32,000 nt of DNA from Polyangiales bacterium (GTDB lineage Bacteria > Myxococcota_A > Polyangia > Polyangiales > Polyangiaceae), in NCBI GenBank assembly GCA_038252755.1, contig JBBSAB010000066.1, positions 1 to 32,000 on the forward strand, read 5' to 3'. Positions 23,672 through 31,719 of this stretch are shown in pieces. Both the position numbers and the translations under genes were made by a program. Position 1 is the stretch's first letter. Every line of letters starts with the position of its first letter. The notes under the pieces are model-generated. The model was not told the origin of the DNA and did not search any database. It saw only the letters and a program-made list of their open reading frames with translations.

Positions 23672-24336
23672 TGCACCTCGTCCGGCAGCTCGTTCACGTC
23701 ATCGACCGAGCGCGGCATCGTCGCGCCCAACACCGGACCGAGGCTTTCCAAGGCACGCTCGAACGCCGCCAGATCACGCCGCTTTACGGCAGCCGAGAGC
23801 GCTGCGCAGACCGCGCCCCACTGTGGGCCGAGCGACGCGGTGTCGATCCCAACGTCTGCCAGCACGAGCGCGCGCTGCTCGAAGGTCGAGACGAAAACTA
23901 GTACGCCGTTCCGCCCCGAGGTTCGCGAGATGCCCAAGTCGAAAAACGTGACCCGCGCCGCCGCCGCGACGCTCTTGGCCAACGGCGCTTCACGCACCAG
24001 CAGCCGCAGCAACGCCGAAAGGTTGTACGCCAGCGCCAACCCCAAGCCAAAGCCGAGCGCGCCGTCGAGCGCGATGTCGCCGACGCTGAACACCTGCGGC
24101 GCGACCAGCAGGTACAGCACGACCGCACCACCGACGAAAAGTCCGAAATGGTACGCCGCCACGCGGTAGTCGCCCGAGCGGCGCCGCACCGCGACGACGA
24201 CCTCGGCCGAGGTCTGCGCTTCCACGCTTTTCACAGAGCTCGCGGTGCTCCGCTTGGCTGCGTCCCTAAAAAAATCCGCCTCGGCCACGGTGGGGCGACG
24301 ACCATACTCGGTTCCGCCGAGGCTTGCTCGGCTCAA
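23668..24336 (-). CDS. TPM-domain (DUF477/TPM_phosphatase family) protein interrupted by a two-helix membrane hairpin
   Basis: Family-typical blocks: VEAQTSAEVVVAV, TSGRNGVLVFVSTFEQRALVLADVGI, and the C-terminal DDVNELPDEV. About 70 aa with two hydrophobic helices lie between the first and second block. There is no internal ATG: the start is TTG (24336) or GTG (24288). Confidence 0.7.
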   Translation of the reverse strand: MSRASLGGTEYGRRPTVAEADFFRDAAKRSTASSVKSVEAQTSAEVVVAVRRRSGDYRVAAYHFGLFVGGAVVLYLLVAPQVFSVGDIALDGALGFGLGLALAYNLSALLRLLVREAPLAKSVAAAARVTFFDLGISRTSGRNGVLVFVSTFEQRALVLADVGIDTASLGPQWGAVCAALSAAVKRRDLAAFERALESLGPVLGATMPRSVDDVNELPDEVQ

Positions 24337-24431
24337 GCGGGGCGGGCGCGATTGACTTAGCGCCGCCAGCCTGCAAACTCAGGTCGGTCATCGTCACGGT
24401 CACTGGCCTGGCCCTGGTCGGTGTCTCGTCT

Positions 24432-25355
24432 ATGCTGCTCTTTGCAACCGCAACCGCAACCGCGACCACAGTTTGCCGGGTGCTGGCCTTTGCCGGCGTG
24501 ACGGCGAGCTGCTCGCTCTCCGCTCCGAATGGAGACGCGAGCGGGTCGGCCGGCGAGCGTGACCTGGCCACACCCCGAGTGGGTTCGACCCAAGCGGCGG
24601 GCGGTGACGCCAGTAGCGCGAGCGGCGGCACGAGCGCGGCAGGCGCATGGAGCGCGGGTGGCGCAACCAGCATCGCGGGCACCCAGAGCGCAGGCAGCGC
24701 CACGAACACAGCAGGTGCGACGGACCACGCGCCGGACTGCTCGCCGCACGACGTCGTGCTCACTCCGCACCTAAAAAACGCGCGCGACCTGGCGGGCACA
24801 CAGCTGTCGCCGAATGGCGCTGTCGCGTGCGGCGCCGTTTTCCGAGGGCCGCCGTTGAGCCTCTCGCAAGACGGCTGCGCTGCCGCGGCCGAGCTCGGCA
24901 TCCGTACTCTGCTCGACTTGCGAATCGAGAGCGAACGCCTCGTAACGCCGGACGCCAGCTGCGTCGACGCGCAACGCGTGTTCGCGCCGCTACCGGTACC
25001 GTACGGCCTCGGGCCAACCGACTACCTGAACGATTTGCACGCGACGCCGTCGCTCGCGATCGCCTTTCATACCTTCGGCGACCCCGCGGCCTACCCGATC
25101 TACTTTCATTGCACGTTGGGGCGCGATCGCACCGGTGTCGTCGGTGCGTTGCTGTTGCTCACGCTGGGCGCCACCCGCGCCACGGTGATGCAGGAATACC
25201 TGCTCTCTGGCCCGAACGTCGGCGCGTACCCCAAGAGCCTGGACGCCGTGCTCGACGAAATCGAGCAACGCGGTGGAGCCGAAGCAGTACTGAAAGACGT
25301 CGGCATCACCGCGGAAGAGCTGGCGGTGATTCGCGCGCGTATGATCGCCGACTAA
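24432..25355 (+). CDS. secreted/lipoprotein tyrosine-phosphatase-like protein (Y_phosphatase3 type, CX5R)
   Basis: MLLFATATATATTVCRVLAFAGVTASC signal/lipobox, a G/S/A/T linker, then a catalytic P-loop HCTLGRDRTG (CX5R). I chose the ATG at 24432 so the gene does not overlap the divergent TPM gene; the start is uncertain. Confidence 0.8.
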   Translation: MLLFATATATATTVCRVLAFAGVTASCSLSAPNGDASGSAGERDLATPRVGSTQAAGGDASSASGGTSAAGAWSAGGATSIAGTQSAGSATNTAGATDHAPDCSPHDVVLTPHLKNARDLAGTQLSPNGAVACGAVFRGPPLSLSQDGCAAAAELGIRTLLDLRIESERLVTPDASCVDAQRVFAPLPVPYGLGPTDYLNDLHATPSLAIAFHTFGDPAAYPIYFHCTLGRDRTGVVGALLLLTLGATRATVMQEYLLSGPNVGAYPKSLDAVLDEIEQRGGAEAVLKDVGITAEELAVIRARMIAD

Positions 25356-25357
25356 GC

Positions 25358-26392
25358 TCAGGCGTCCGCGGTGTCCCACTCAACCTGGTAGCTGAGGCCC
25401 AGGTTCACGATACGCTGAATCAAGACTGGGTATTCGACGCCTTCGGCCAGTGCGCTTTGCGCGAAATCTTCGGCTTTTTGCAGATCCGGGTTCGGATTGG
25501 CTTCCAGCACGTAGACCTTACCGTCAGCGGCCAGCCGCAGATCGATGCGCGCGTAGCCGCTCATCTTGAGCACGCGGTAGATGTTGGTGCACAGCTTGTT
25601 GATGTGCTCGGTAGTGCCGGGCGGCAGCTCCGCGGCCGCCGTGTCGATGTGATACTTTTTCTGGTACGCGAGGTCCCACTTCACCTTGCGGGTCGCGATG
25701 CGCGGCGCGTTTTCGGGCAGCTGATCGAGCATCATCTCCCAAACCGGAAACGCGTGCAGGCGACGGTTGCCGACCACGCCCACGTACAGCTCGCGACCCT
25801 CGATGTACTCTTCGGCGATCACGTCGACGCCGAACGTGTCGTGCATGAACGCGACGCGCTCGACTAGCTTCTCGTCGCTGGTCACCAGCGACGCCTGCGA
25901 AATGCCGAGCGACGCTTCTTCGTAGAGCGACTTTACGACCAGTGGGTAGCCGAGCTTGCGCGGCTTCTTCGATTTCCTACCAAACGGGAACACCGCGAAG
26001 CGCGGCACGCGAATCCGATGAAACGCCAACAGCTGCTTGGAGATGGCTTTGTCACGCGCCAAAAGCAGTCCGGTCGGGTTGCAGCCGGTGTAGCGCTTGC
26101 GCAAAAGCTCCAGATAACTGACGACGTGCTGGTCGTACACGGCGACGCCGTGAAAATGCACCAGCAAATTGAAGGCAATATCCGGCTCCCACTCAGCGAA
26201 CGCGCGACGGATTGGACCCAAATCGCTGCCGACCCCCAAGCGGTGCACCTCGTGCCCCAGCTCCTCGAGCCCCTTGATGATGTCCCACTCAGTGCGAAAG
26301 TCCGCCAGCTGCTTGTCGGACAAGCCAGTGATCTCCTCCGGCGGCACGAGATCGTCGTGCATCAGGACGAGGACTTTGAGCTTCTTCCTCAT
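25358..26392 (-). CDS. ATP-grasp ligase, D-alanine--D-alanine ligase-like family
   Basis: 344 aa starting MRKKLKVLVLMHDD. ATP-grasp blocks: LARDKAISKQLL, PLVVKSLYEEASLGIS, EEYIEGRELYVGVVG, ARIDLRLAADGKVYVLEANPNPDL. The ATG overlaps the upstream TGA (ATGA at 26389-26392). Confidence 0.85.
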   Translation of the reverse strand: MRKKLKVLVLMHDDLVPPEEITGLSDKQLADFRTEWDIIKGLEELGHEVHRLGVGSDLGPIRRAFAEWEPDIAFNLLVHFHGVAVYDQHVVSYLELLRKRYTGCNPTGLLLARDKAISKQLLAFHRIRVPRFAVFPFGRKSKKPRKLGYPLVVKSLYEEASLGISQASLVTSDEKLVERVAFMHDTFGVDVIAEEYIEGRELYVGVVGNRRLHAFPVWEMMLDQLPENAPRIATRKVKWDLAYQKKYHIDTAAAELPPGTTEHINKLCTNIYRVLKMSGYARIDLRLAADGKVYVLEANPNPDLQKAEDFAQSALAEGVEYPVLIQRIVNLGLSYQVEWDTADA

Positions 26393-27519
26393 CGCGGGAA
26401 GTGGTGGTGCCCGCGATTCAAGTACTTGAGCGTCTGAGCCGCAACCAGGAGCATGGCATCTCGCTTCACGTGGGATGCGCCAGAGGCCACTACCAAGCCG
26501 AGCTCCTCGGCACGTTGGATAACCTCTGCGAGCACACGATCGACTGCGTATTGATACTCGCCGGTCCAACGGGAGACCAATTTTCGGATCTCCGCCCGCT
26601 CCTTCCGTAAGAAGGAGGCGGCGGTGCGCTCGCGGCGGCCGCCGGTCGATTCCACGAAAAGTCGTTTCAAATCGCGGTCGTACGTCTCTCGGAGCGCCAG
26701 CCGGTAGCGCGCGCGCTTCTCGCGGTAGTAGTCGCCGAGCGTCTTCTTCAGCTCGCCGATCGGCTCGATCCGGTCACGAGCGCGTTTGACTGGCTTTTTC
26801 CCCTCGATTTCGCGCATCAGCTGATCGAGGTAGTTGAGCTTCTGCAAGGCCGGCCAACCGCGGTAGCGGCGACGCCAGCGCGACGACGGGTCGAGCCAAA
26901 CCGCGAACGTCTCGGCGAAGTCTTCAGCCGGGTGGCTCTGCGCGTACCAGAGCTCCAAGTGACGGACGAAGCGCTTGCTGTACGGCTTGGGCTGGTAGTG
27001 GCTGACGTAGGCGCTATCGAAGCGCCCGAACACTTCGCCCCAGTCCTCACGACGGTGCAGTGCGTAGGCGTTGTCGAGCGCGTGAGCAGTCTCGTGACGC
27101 ATCAGTTGCAGGCACGAACGCGCCGTGCCGCCTTCGACCTCGTGCATCTGTCGTTGCTCGAGCTCGATCAGTCGCGGGTGCGCCAGGTAAAACGGAATCG
27201 CGAAGCCCGGGATGCCGTCCGGCGAGAACCACTCCGTCGACAGCCAAACGTGCGGCCGAAACACCAAGCCGCGCTCGCCGAGCTCACCCTCGATCAGCTC
27301 GAGACGTGCTTCGAGCTCAGTACCGGCGATGGTCAGCTTGAGATCGCACAGCCGCAGCTCGAGCAGCTGCTCATCCGGCATTTTTGTCCAGGCACGCGCA
27401 GCTAGGCGTCGGCGCGACGGGCGCTTCGTTTTGGTGCGTCGACCAGGCACGGGCAGGTGGGCATTGAGCCACAACCGGGTCGCGCCACAAGACTGATCCG
27501 CGAGGCAGTTTGTCCACAA
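26389..27519 (-). CDS. putative zinc metallopeptidase (HExxH; Peptidase_Mx-like, family tentative)
   Basis: LMRHETAHALD (HExxH), with HPAEDFAETFAVWL ~55 aa later. Conserved-looking N-terminus: W..MPDEQLLELRLCDLKL..., FRPHVWLSTEWFSPDGIPGFAIPFYLAHPRL. Start uncertain: TTG 27519, GTG 27450 or ATG 27381. Confidence 0.8.
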   Translation of the reverse strand: MWTNCLADQSCGATRLWLNAHLPVPGRRTKTKRPSRRRLAARAWTKMPDEQLLELRLCDLKLTIAGTELEARLELIEGELGERGLVFRPHVWLSTEWFSPDGIPGFAIPFYLAHPRLIELEQRQMHEVEGGTARSCLQLMRHETAHALDNAYALHRREDWGEVFGRFDSAYVSHYQPKPYSKRFVRHLELWYAQSHPAEDFAETFAVWLDPSSRWRRRYRGWPALQKLNYLDQLMREIEGKKPVKRARDRIEPIGELKKTLGDYYREKRARYRLALRETYDRDLKRLFVESTGGRRERTAASFLRKERAEIRKLVSRWTGEYQYAVDRVLAEVIQRAEELGLVVASGASHVKRDAMLLVAAQTLKYLNRGHHHFPR

Positions 27520-27622
27520 GTGCGGACCGCGTTCGACGACACCGTGCTCGGCCCATCACAGCGTCGCGGGACGCGCCAGATTCGTGGTCCGTTTTGGGGT
27601 GCCACCGACGACTTAACAGGCA

Positions 27623-29560
27623 ATGCGAAGCGTTTTTCGGTCTGGTAGCGCGCTCACGCTCGGATTTCTGGGATTTCTCGCCGGTTGCGGCGACAGCGGC
27701 ACGGGCAGCTCGCCCGGTACGGCCGGTAGCGCCAGCACCGCGGGCAACCCGGGAGCAGGCACCGGCGGCAGCGCGGCGGGTCAAACCAGCGCCGGCTCGA
27801 GCGCGGGTGGGGCCAGCGGCAGCCTGAACATGACCGGCGGCGCCGGTAGCGGTGGCGCGAGTGGCACGGGCGGTTCGGCGGGCGCGCCGATGGAGCCGGT
27901 GATCCCGGGCGGGCCGGACGAGTCAATCCCGGCCGACGCGGGTGAGCAGCCGTTCGTGCATCCGCTGTTCACGGATCACATGGTGCTGCAGCGCGACGCG
28001 CACACGCCGGTGTGGGGCTGGAGCAAGCCGGGCGACATGGTCACGATCAAGATCGCCGGCAAGAGCTACACGGTCGCAGCCGATCAATACGGGCGCTGGC
28101 TGGTGCGCGTCGGTCCGTTTCCGGCGGACATGCAGGCGTACCAGCTCGAGATTTCGGGGCCGCAGACCAAGACGTTCAGCGACGTGAAGTTCGGCGACGT
28201 ATGGTTGTGCAGCGGCCAGTCGAACATGGAGTTCAACGTCGGCGGCACCCTGAATTCGGCCGCGGAGATTGCGGGCAGCGCAAACGACAACTTGCGCAGC
28301 TTCGTCGTCAAGAAATCCAGCATCCGCGCGCCGCGCCAAACGTTGCCTGCCGGCAGCAACAGCTGGAACGTCGTCGGACCGAGCAACCTCGGTGGCTTCT
28401 CGGCAGTGTGTTACTTCATGGTGCGCGAGCTGCAGAAGAAAGAGAACGTGCCCATGGGCATGATCGGCTCGTACTGGGGCGGCACCGGCGTCGAGTGGTG
28501 GACCAGCAAAGAGCAGCTCGCGACCGTCGAAGATTTCACCAAACCCCTGGCCGCCTTGCCAGATCCGCTGCCCGATCCGAATCAGCCAACGCTGACGTCG
28601 CTGTACAACGGCATGATAGCGCCGCTTTTGCCGTACGGTTTGAAGGGCATCGCTTGGTACCAGGGCGAGAACAACGCGGGCCAAGGTGCGCAATACAGCC
28701 GGCTGATGCCGAACATGATCGAAGACTTTCGGACGCGCTTCCGGATGGGCAAGCTGCCGTTCCTGCAAGTTCAGCTGGCTAACTTCAAGGCCAACGGCAA
28801 CGCGCCGGCGGGGCCGATCGACGTCAACAGTGGCTGGGCTCAACTGCGCGAGGCGCAGCTGCGGACGCGCCTCGCCGACGACAAGGGCGGCATGGCGGTG
28901 ATCATCGACGTCGGCAATCCCACCGACATTCACCCGACCGACAAGCAAGACGTCGGGCTACGGCTCGCCGCTTCCGCACTGCACGTGGCGTACGGGCACG
29001 ACAGCGTCTACGAAGGACCGATTTACAAAGCCCTCACCGTGCAAGGCAACAAGGCAACGCTCAGCTTCGACTTGGTAGGCGACAGCCTGATAGTCGGCAC
29101 CAAGGACGGAACGAACACCAACGCGGTCGTCGAGAGCGCCGCTGGCACGCTGGGCGGTTTCGCGATTGCAGGCGCCGACGGAATGTGGAAACCCGCGACA
29201 GCGGCGATCGACGCCGGCGGCAAGACCGTCACCGTGCAATCACCCGACGTCGCGACGCCGGTCGCGGTGCGCTACGGCTGGGCCGACAATCCGCCGTGCA
29301 ACCTGTACAACAAGCTCGGCTTGCCCGCGACGCCGTTCCGGACGGATCCGGACTACCGCGCGAACGTGATTGACGGCAACGGCGGCGGCATTTTCACGGC
29401 TGGCAAAACCGTGAATATCACCGCAAATGCCGCGCCTGGCGGCCAACACTTCGTCAAGTGGGTCGGTGACGTCGCCGGGCTGGACGACGCCACCAAAGCC
29501 ACTGCCACGCTCACGATGCCCAAGGCCTACGTCTCGGTTCGCGCCACTTACGCGCCGTAA
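27623..29560 (+). CDS. lipoprotein sialate/carbohydrate O-acetylesterase (SASA/DUF303 SGNH-type) with C-terminal InlB-B-repeat-like domain
   Basis: Lipobox LGFLGFLAGC and a ~80-aa G/S/A/T linker. Esterase motifs: GDVWLCSGQSNMEF (catalytic Ser block), SYWGGTGVEWW, GIAWYQGENN. The C-terminal ~70 aa (FVKWVGD...ATLTMPKAYVSVRATY) resemble the divergent InlB B-repeat. Confidence 0.88.
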   Translation: MRSVFRSGSALTLGFLGFLAGCGDSGTGSSPGTAGSASTAGNPGAGTGGSAAGQTSAGSSAGGASGSLNMTGGAGSGGASGTGGSAGAPMEPVIPGGPDESIPADAGEQPFVHPLFTDHMVLQRDAHTPVWGWSKPGDMVTIKIAGKSYTVAADQYGRWLVRVGPFPADMQAYQLEISGPQTKTFSDVKFGDVWLCSGQSNMEFNVGGTLNSAAEIAGSANDNLRSFVVKKSSIRAPRQTLPAGSNSWNVVGPSNLGGFSAVCYFMVRELQKKENVPMGMIGSYWGGTGVEWWTSKEQLATVEDFTKPLAALPDPLPDPNQPTLTSLYNGMIAPLLPYGLKGIAWYQGENNAGQGAQYSRLMPNMIEDFRTRFRMGKLPFLQVQLANFKANGNAPAGPIDVNSGWAQLREAQLRTRLADDKGGMAVIIDVGNPTDIHPTDKQDVGLRLAASALHVAYGHDSVYEGPIYKALTVQGNKATLSFDLVGDSLIVGTKDGTNTNAVVESAAGTLGGFAIAGADGMWKPATAAIDAGGKTVTVQSPDVATPVAVRYGWADNPPCNLYNKLGLPATPFRTDPDYRANVIDGNGGGIFTAGKTVNITANAAPGGQHFVKWVGDVAGLDDATKATATLTMPKAYVSVRATYAP

Positions 29561-29567
29561 CGGCGCG

Positions 29568-30320
29568 TTACATCGGTGCGCCGGCCGCGACCCAGTCGGC
29601 GAAGATCTTTTGTTCGGCGGGAGTGAGGCAAGCGATGCCCTCCTTGGTTGGGCAGTTGTCTGGCATCTGGCCGATCATTTCTGTGCCGCCCCCGTTCATG
29701 CACACCGCGCCCTTGGCCTTGATCGCTTGGAGCAGCAAGCTGCTGGCGTCGTTCGCGACGATCGCCTTGCTGCCGACGCAGTGCTTGGAACCCGCGGGCA
29801 CGGGCTGCGTGAGGCGCTGATAGAGCATGCCGTCCATCGCTTGAAAATCGAGTTCGCCGCTGGCCGCGTTGTGGCACTTGCCGACGCCGCAGCTCTTGGC
29901 CATCAACGTCTTCACCGCTGCGAAGAGCGGGCTGCCGCCGCCACCGCCGCCGCCGCTGCCAGAAGCGCCGGCAGAGCCGCCGCCTGCGCCACCGCCGCCA
30001 CCAGCGCTCGCACCAGCGGCGCTGGTCGTGCCAGCGGTTCCAACCGTGCCGGCTGTGCCGGTTCCAGCCGTGCCGGTGCTACCACCCGCTGTCGTGACAC
30101 CGCCGCTGGTCATGCCACTGCTGCTGCCACCTTGATTCGCCGTGCCACCCGCGCCGCTGGTCGGCAGCGCCGTGGTGCCCGCCATACCCACAGGCTGTGT
30201 ACCGTCGTCCGTGCTGCAGTGCAGAACGAACAGCGACAGACTCGCTGTTGCCAGAATGAAAGGAGCGGCTACTCGTCGCGAAGCTTTGAAGGGCGTGCGC
30301 ATGGTGATTTTCCTCGACAT
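29568..30320 (-). CDS. secreted protein with G/S/T/A linker and C-terminal PSCyt1-like (cytochrome-c-like) domain bearing CX4CH
   Basis: Signal peptide (ATG 30320 or 30302) and a ~95-aa low-complexity linker. The C-terminal domain reads LFAAVKTLMAKSCGVGKCH...IVANDASSLLLQAI...GQMP...LTPAEQKIFADWVAAGAP, which has the layout of the Planctomycete-type cytochrome c domain. The family call is tentative. Confidence 0.65.
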   Translation of the reverse strand: MSRKITMRTPFKASRRVAAPFILATASLSLFVLHCSTDDGTQPVGMAGTTALPTSGAGGTANQGGSSSGMTSGGVTTAGGSTGTAGTGTAGTVGTAGTTSAAGASAGGGGGAGGGSAGASGSGGGGGGGSPLFAAVKTLMAKSCGVGKCHNAASGELDFQAMDGMLYQRLTQPVPAGSKHCVGSKAIVANDASSLLLQAIKAKGAVCMNGGGTEMIGQMPDNCPTKEGIACLTPAEQKIFADWVAAGAPM

Positions 30321-30489
30321 GGACCCGATGGTCTCTTGAAAGAATGGGTGTCCGCGCGGCGGATCTTTGGTCCGGATTGGTGCATGAAATAGCGGCGAGC
30401 CTGCCGGGGATTTGTCTGCGAACGTCCCGAAGTCGCGCGCGAACCACCGAGCCTGCCGCTGTCAGCCGATTGTTCGTCGCTCGCTCGAA

Positions 30490-30861
30490 TCAGTGTCGCT
30501 CGGGCAGCGGAGACGCTGGGCTACTCAACACACCCGGCACGGGCCGACGGATCGTCGTGCACGCACCTGACATGAGGTAATTCGGCGGCGCGGCGGCGCT
30601 ACTGCCACCGTTGCCTTGCGGCATCATGTAGATGCCCTGCGGCGTCAGCAGCGCACAACCGGGCGTGGGCTGCGTCGCGCGCTCCGGCGGCTGATCGGGA
30701 CGCGACATGGTCTCTTGCAGCTCCATCTCGTTGGTCGAGTAGCAGTGCGTGGCGCTGTTCGCGCCCTTCTGGCAGTACTGCTCGCCACAGCCGCCCACGG
30801 CGAGCGACAGGCAAGCCAGGCAGACCAATCCGACGAAGCGAGCGCGAGCATTGCGGGACAC
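30490..30861 (-). CDS. small lipoprotein, hypothetical (123 aa)
   Basis: GTG start with signal and lipobox FVGLVCLACLSLAVGGC. The mature part contains 4 further Cys. No family recognised. Confidence 0.55.
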   Translation of the reverse strand: MSRNARARFVGLVCLACLSLAVGGCGEQYCQKGANSATHCYSTNEMELQETMSRPDQPPERATQPTPGCALLTPQGIYMMPQGNGGSSAAAPPNYLMSGACTTIRRPVPGVLSSPASPLPERH

Positions 30862-31053
30862 GTGCCGTGCTTGAGCAAACTGCGCGCCAAGCTCGATTTA
30901 CCCGAGTCCACGCCAGACCGACGCCAGACCGTGACCAAGAATCAACGGCCCCTACCCACACTGTGCCGCCGAGACAACACCCATTCGCGACACGGGCCGG
31001 GTCTAGCCGGCCGAAACGGCGTCGCCTAAGCTGCCTGCCACGTTGGGAATTTC

Positions 31054-31719
31054 TTGCCGTGGGTCTTGGGCGAGAGGCTCCGAATCGTGCCTCTCGTGGT
31101 GCTGCTCGTGACCGACACCGCGTTCGGGCGAGCGCACGTGCGGCGCCACTTCGAGCCGACCGACTTGGAGCTCGAAGCCCCCGGGACTTGTGAGCTCGAC
31201 CTCGAGACCGGCCTGGTGCGGGGCCAAGATCCGTGGCGCGCGGTTGCGCCGGACTTCGAGCTCGACTTGGGCCTGACCCACTGGCTGGAGGTGGATATCG
31301 ATGGCGGTTACTCGATTGCAGGAGCGCCCGGCAAACCCTTCACGTTCGACCACGCCGCGCCTGATCCGCTCTGGCCTTCGGTTAAAGTCGGCATGGTCGA
31401 CCTGATCGATGAGCACGCGTCAACCACCTACGCGCTCGGCGTGCAGCTAGGACCGAAGCTGCCGACCTTCTCGGGTGGCCACGGCGTCGGCGTCGAAGGA
31501 CTCGTGCTCGGCGGCTTCACCTCATTTCGGCGTGTGGAATCCGGAGCCGCCCGCCGATTGAAAGCTACTGCGCCGCGAGCTTTTCGGCGACGCGCAGGGC
31601 CTGTGCGGCGATCGTCAGCGCCGGATTCATCGCCGCGCTGGACGGAAAGAACGACGCGTCGACCACGTACAGGTTGTCAGCGTCCCAAGCCTTGCAGTGC
31701 TGGTCGAGCACGGAAGTAG
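31054..31719 (+). CDS. hypothetical secreted protein, probably 3'-truncated or degenerate after ~31520
   Basis: TTG start with a signal-like N-terminus. The sequence is protein-like with high GC3 up to ...GVGVEGLVLGGF (~31520). After that the frame becomes Arg-rich with poor GC3 and overlaps the convergent GMC gene by 155 nt. Confidence 0.4.
   Translation: MPWVLGERLRIVPLVVLLVTDTAFGRAHVRRHFEPTDLELEAPGTCELDLETGLVRGQDPWRAVAPDFELDLGLTHWLEVDIDGGYSIAGAPGKPFTFDHAAPDPLWPSVKVGMVDLIDEHASTTYALGVQLGPKLPTFSGGHGVGVEGLVLGGFTSFRRVESGAARRLKATAPRAFRRRAGPVRRSSAPDSSPRWTERTTRRPRTGCQRPKPCSAGRARK

Noticed and set aside
24647-25867. 406-aa plus-strand ORF overlapping the phosphatase gene (alternative frame) and the antisense of the ATP-grasp gene
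   Set aside because: Arg-rich junk composition that conflicts with two motif-supported CDSs.
27923-28948. 341-aa minus-strand ORF antisense to the SASA esterase gene
   Set aside because: Arg/Val/Ala-rich with no motifs. The plus-strand frame has the GQSNM esterase signature.
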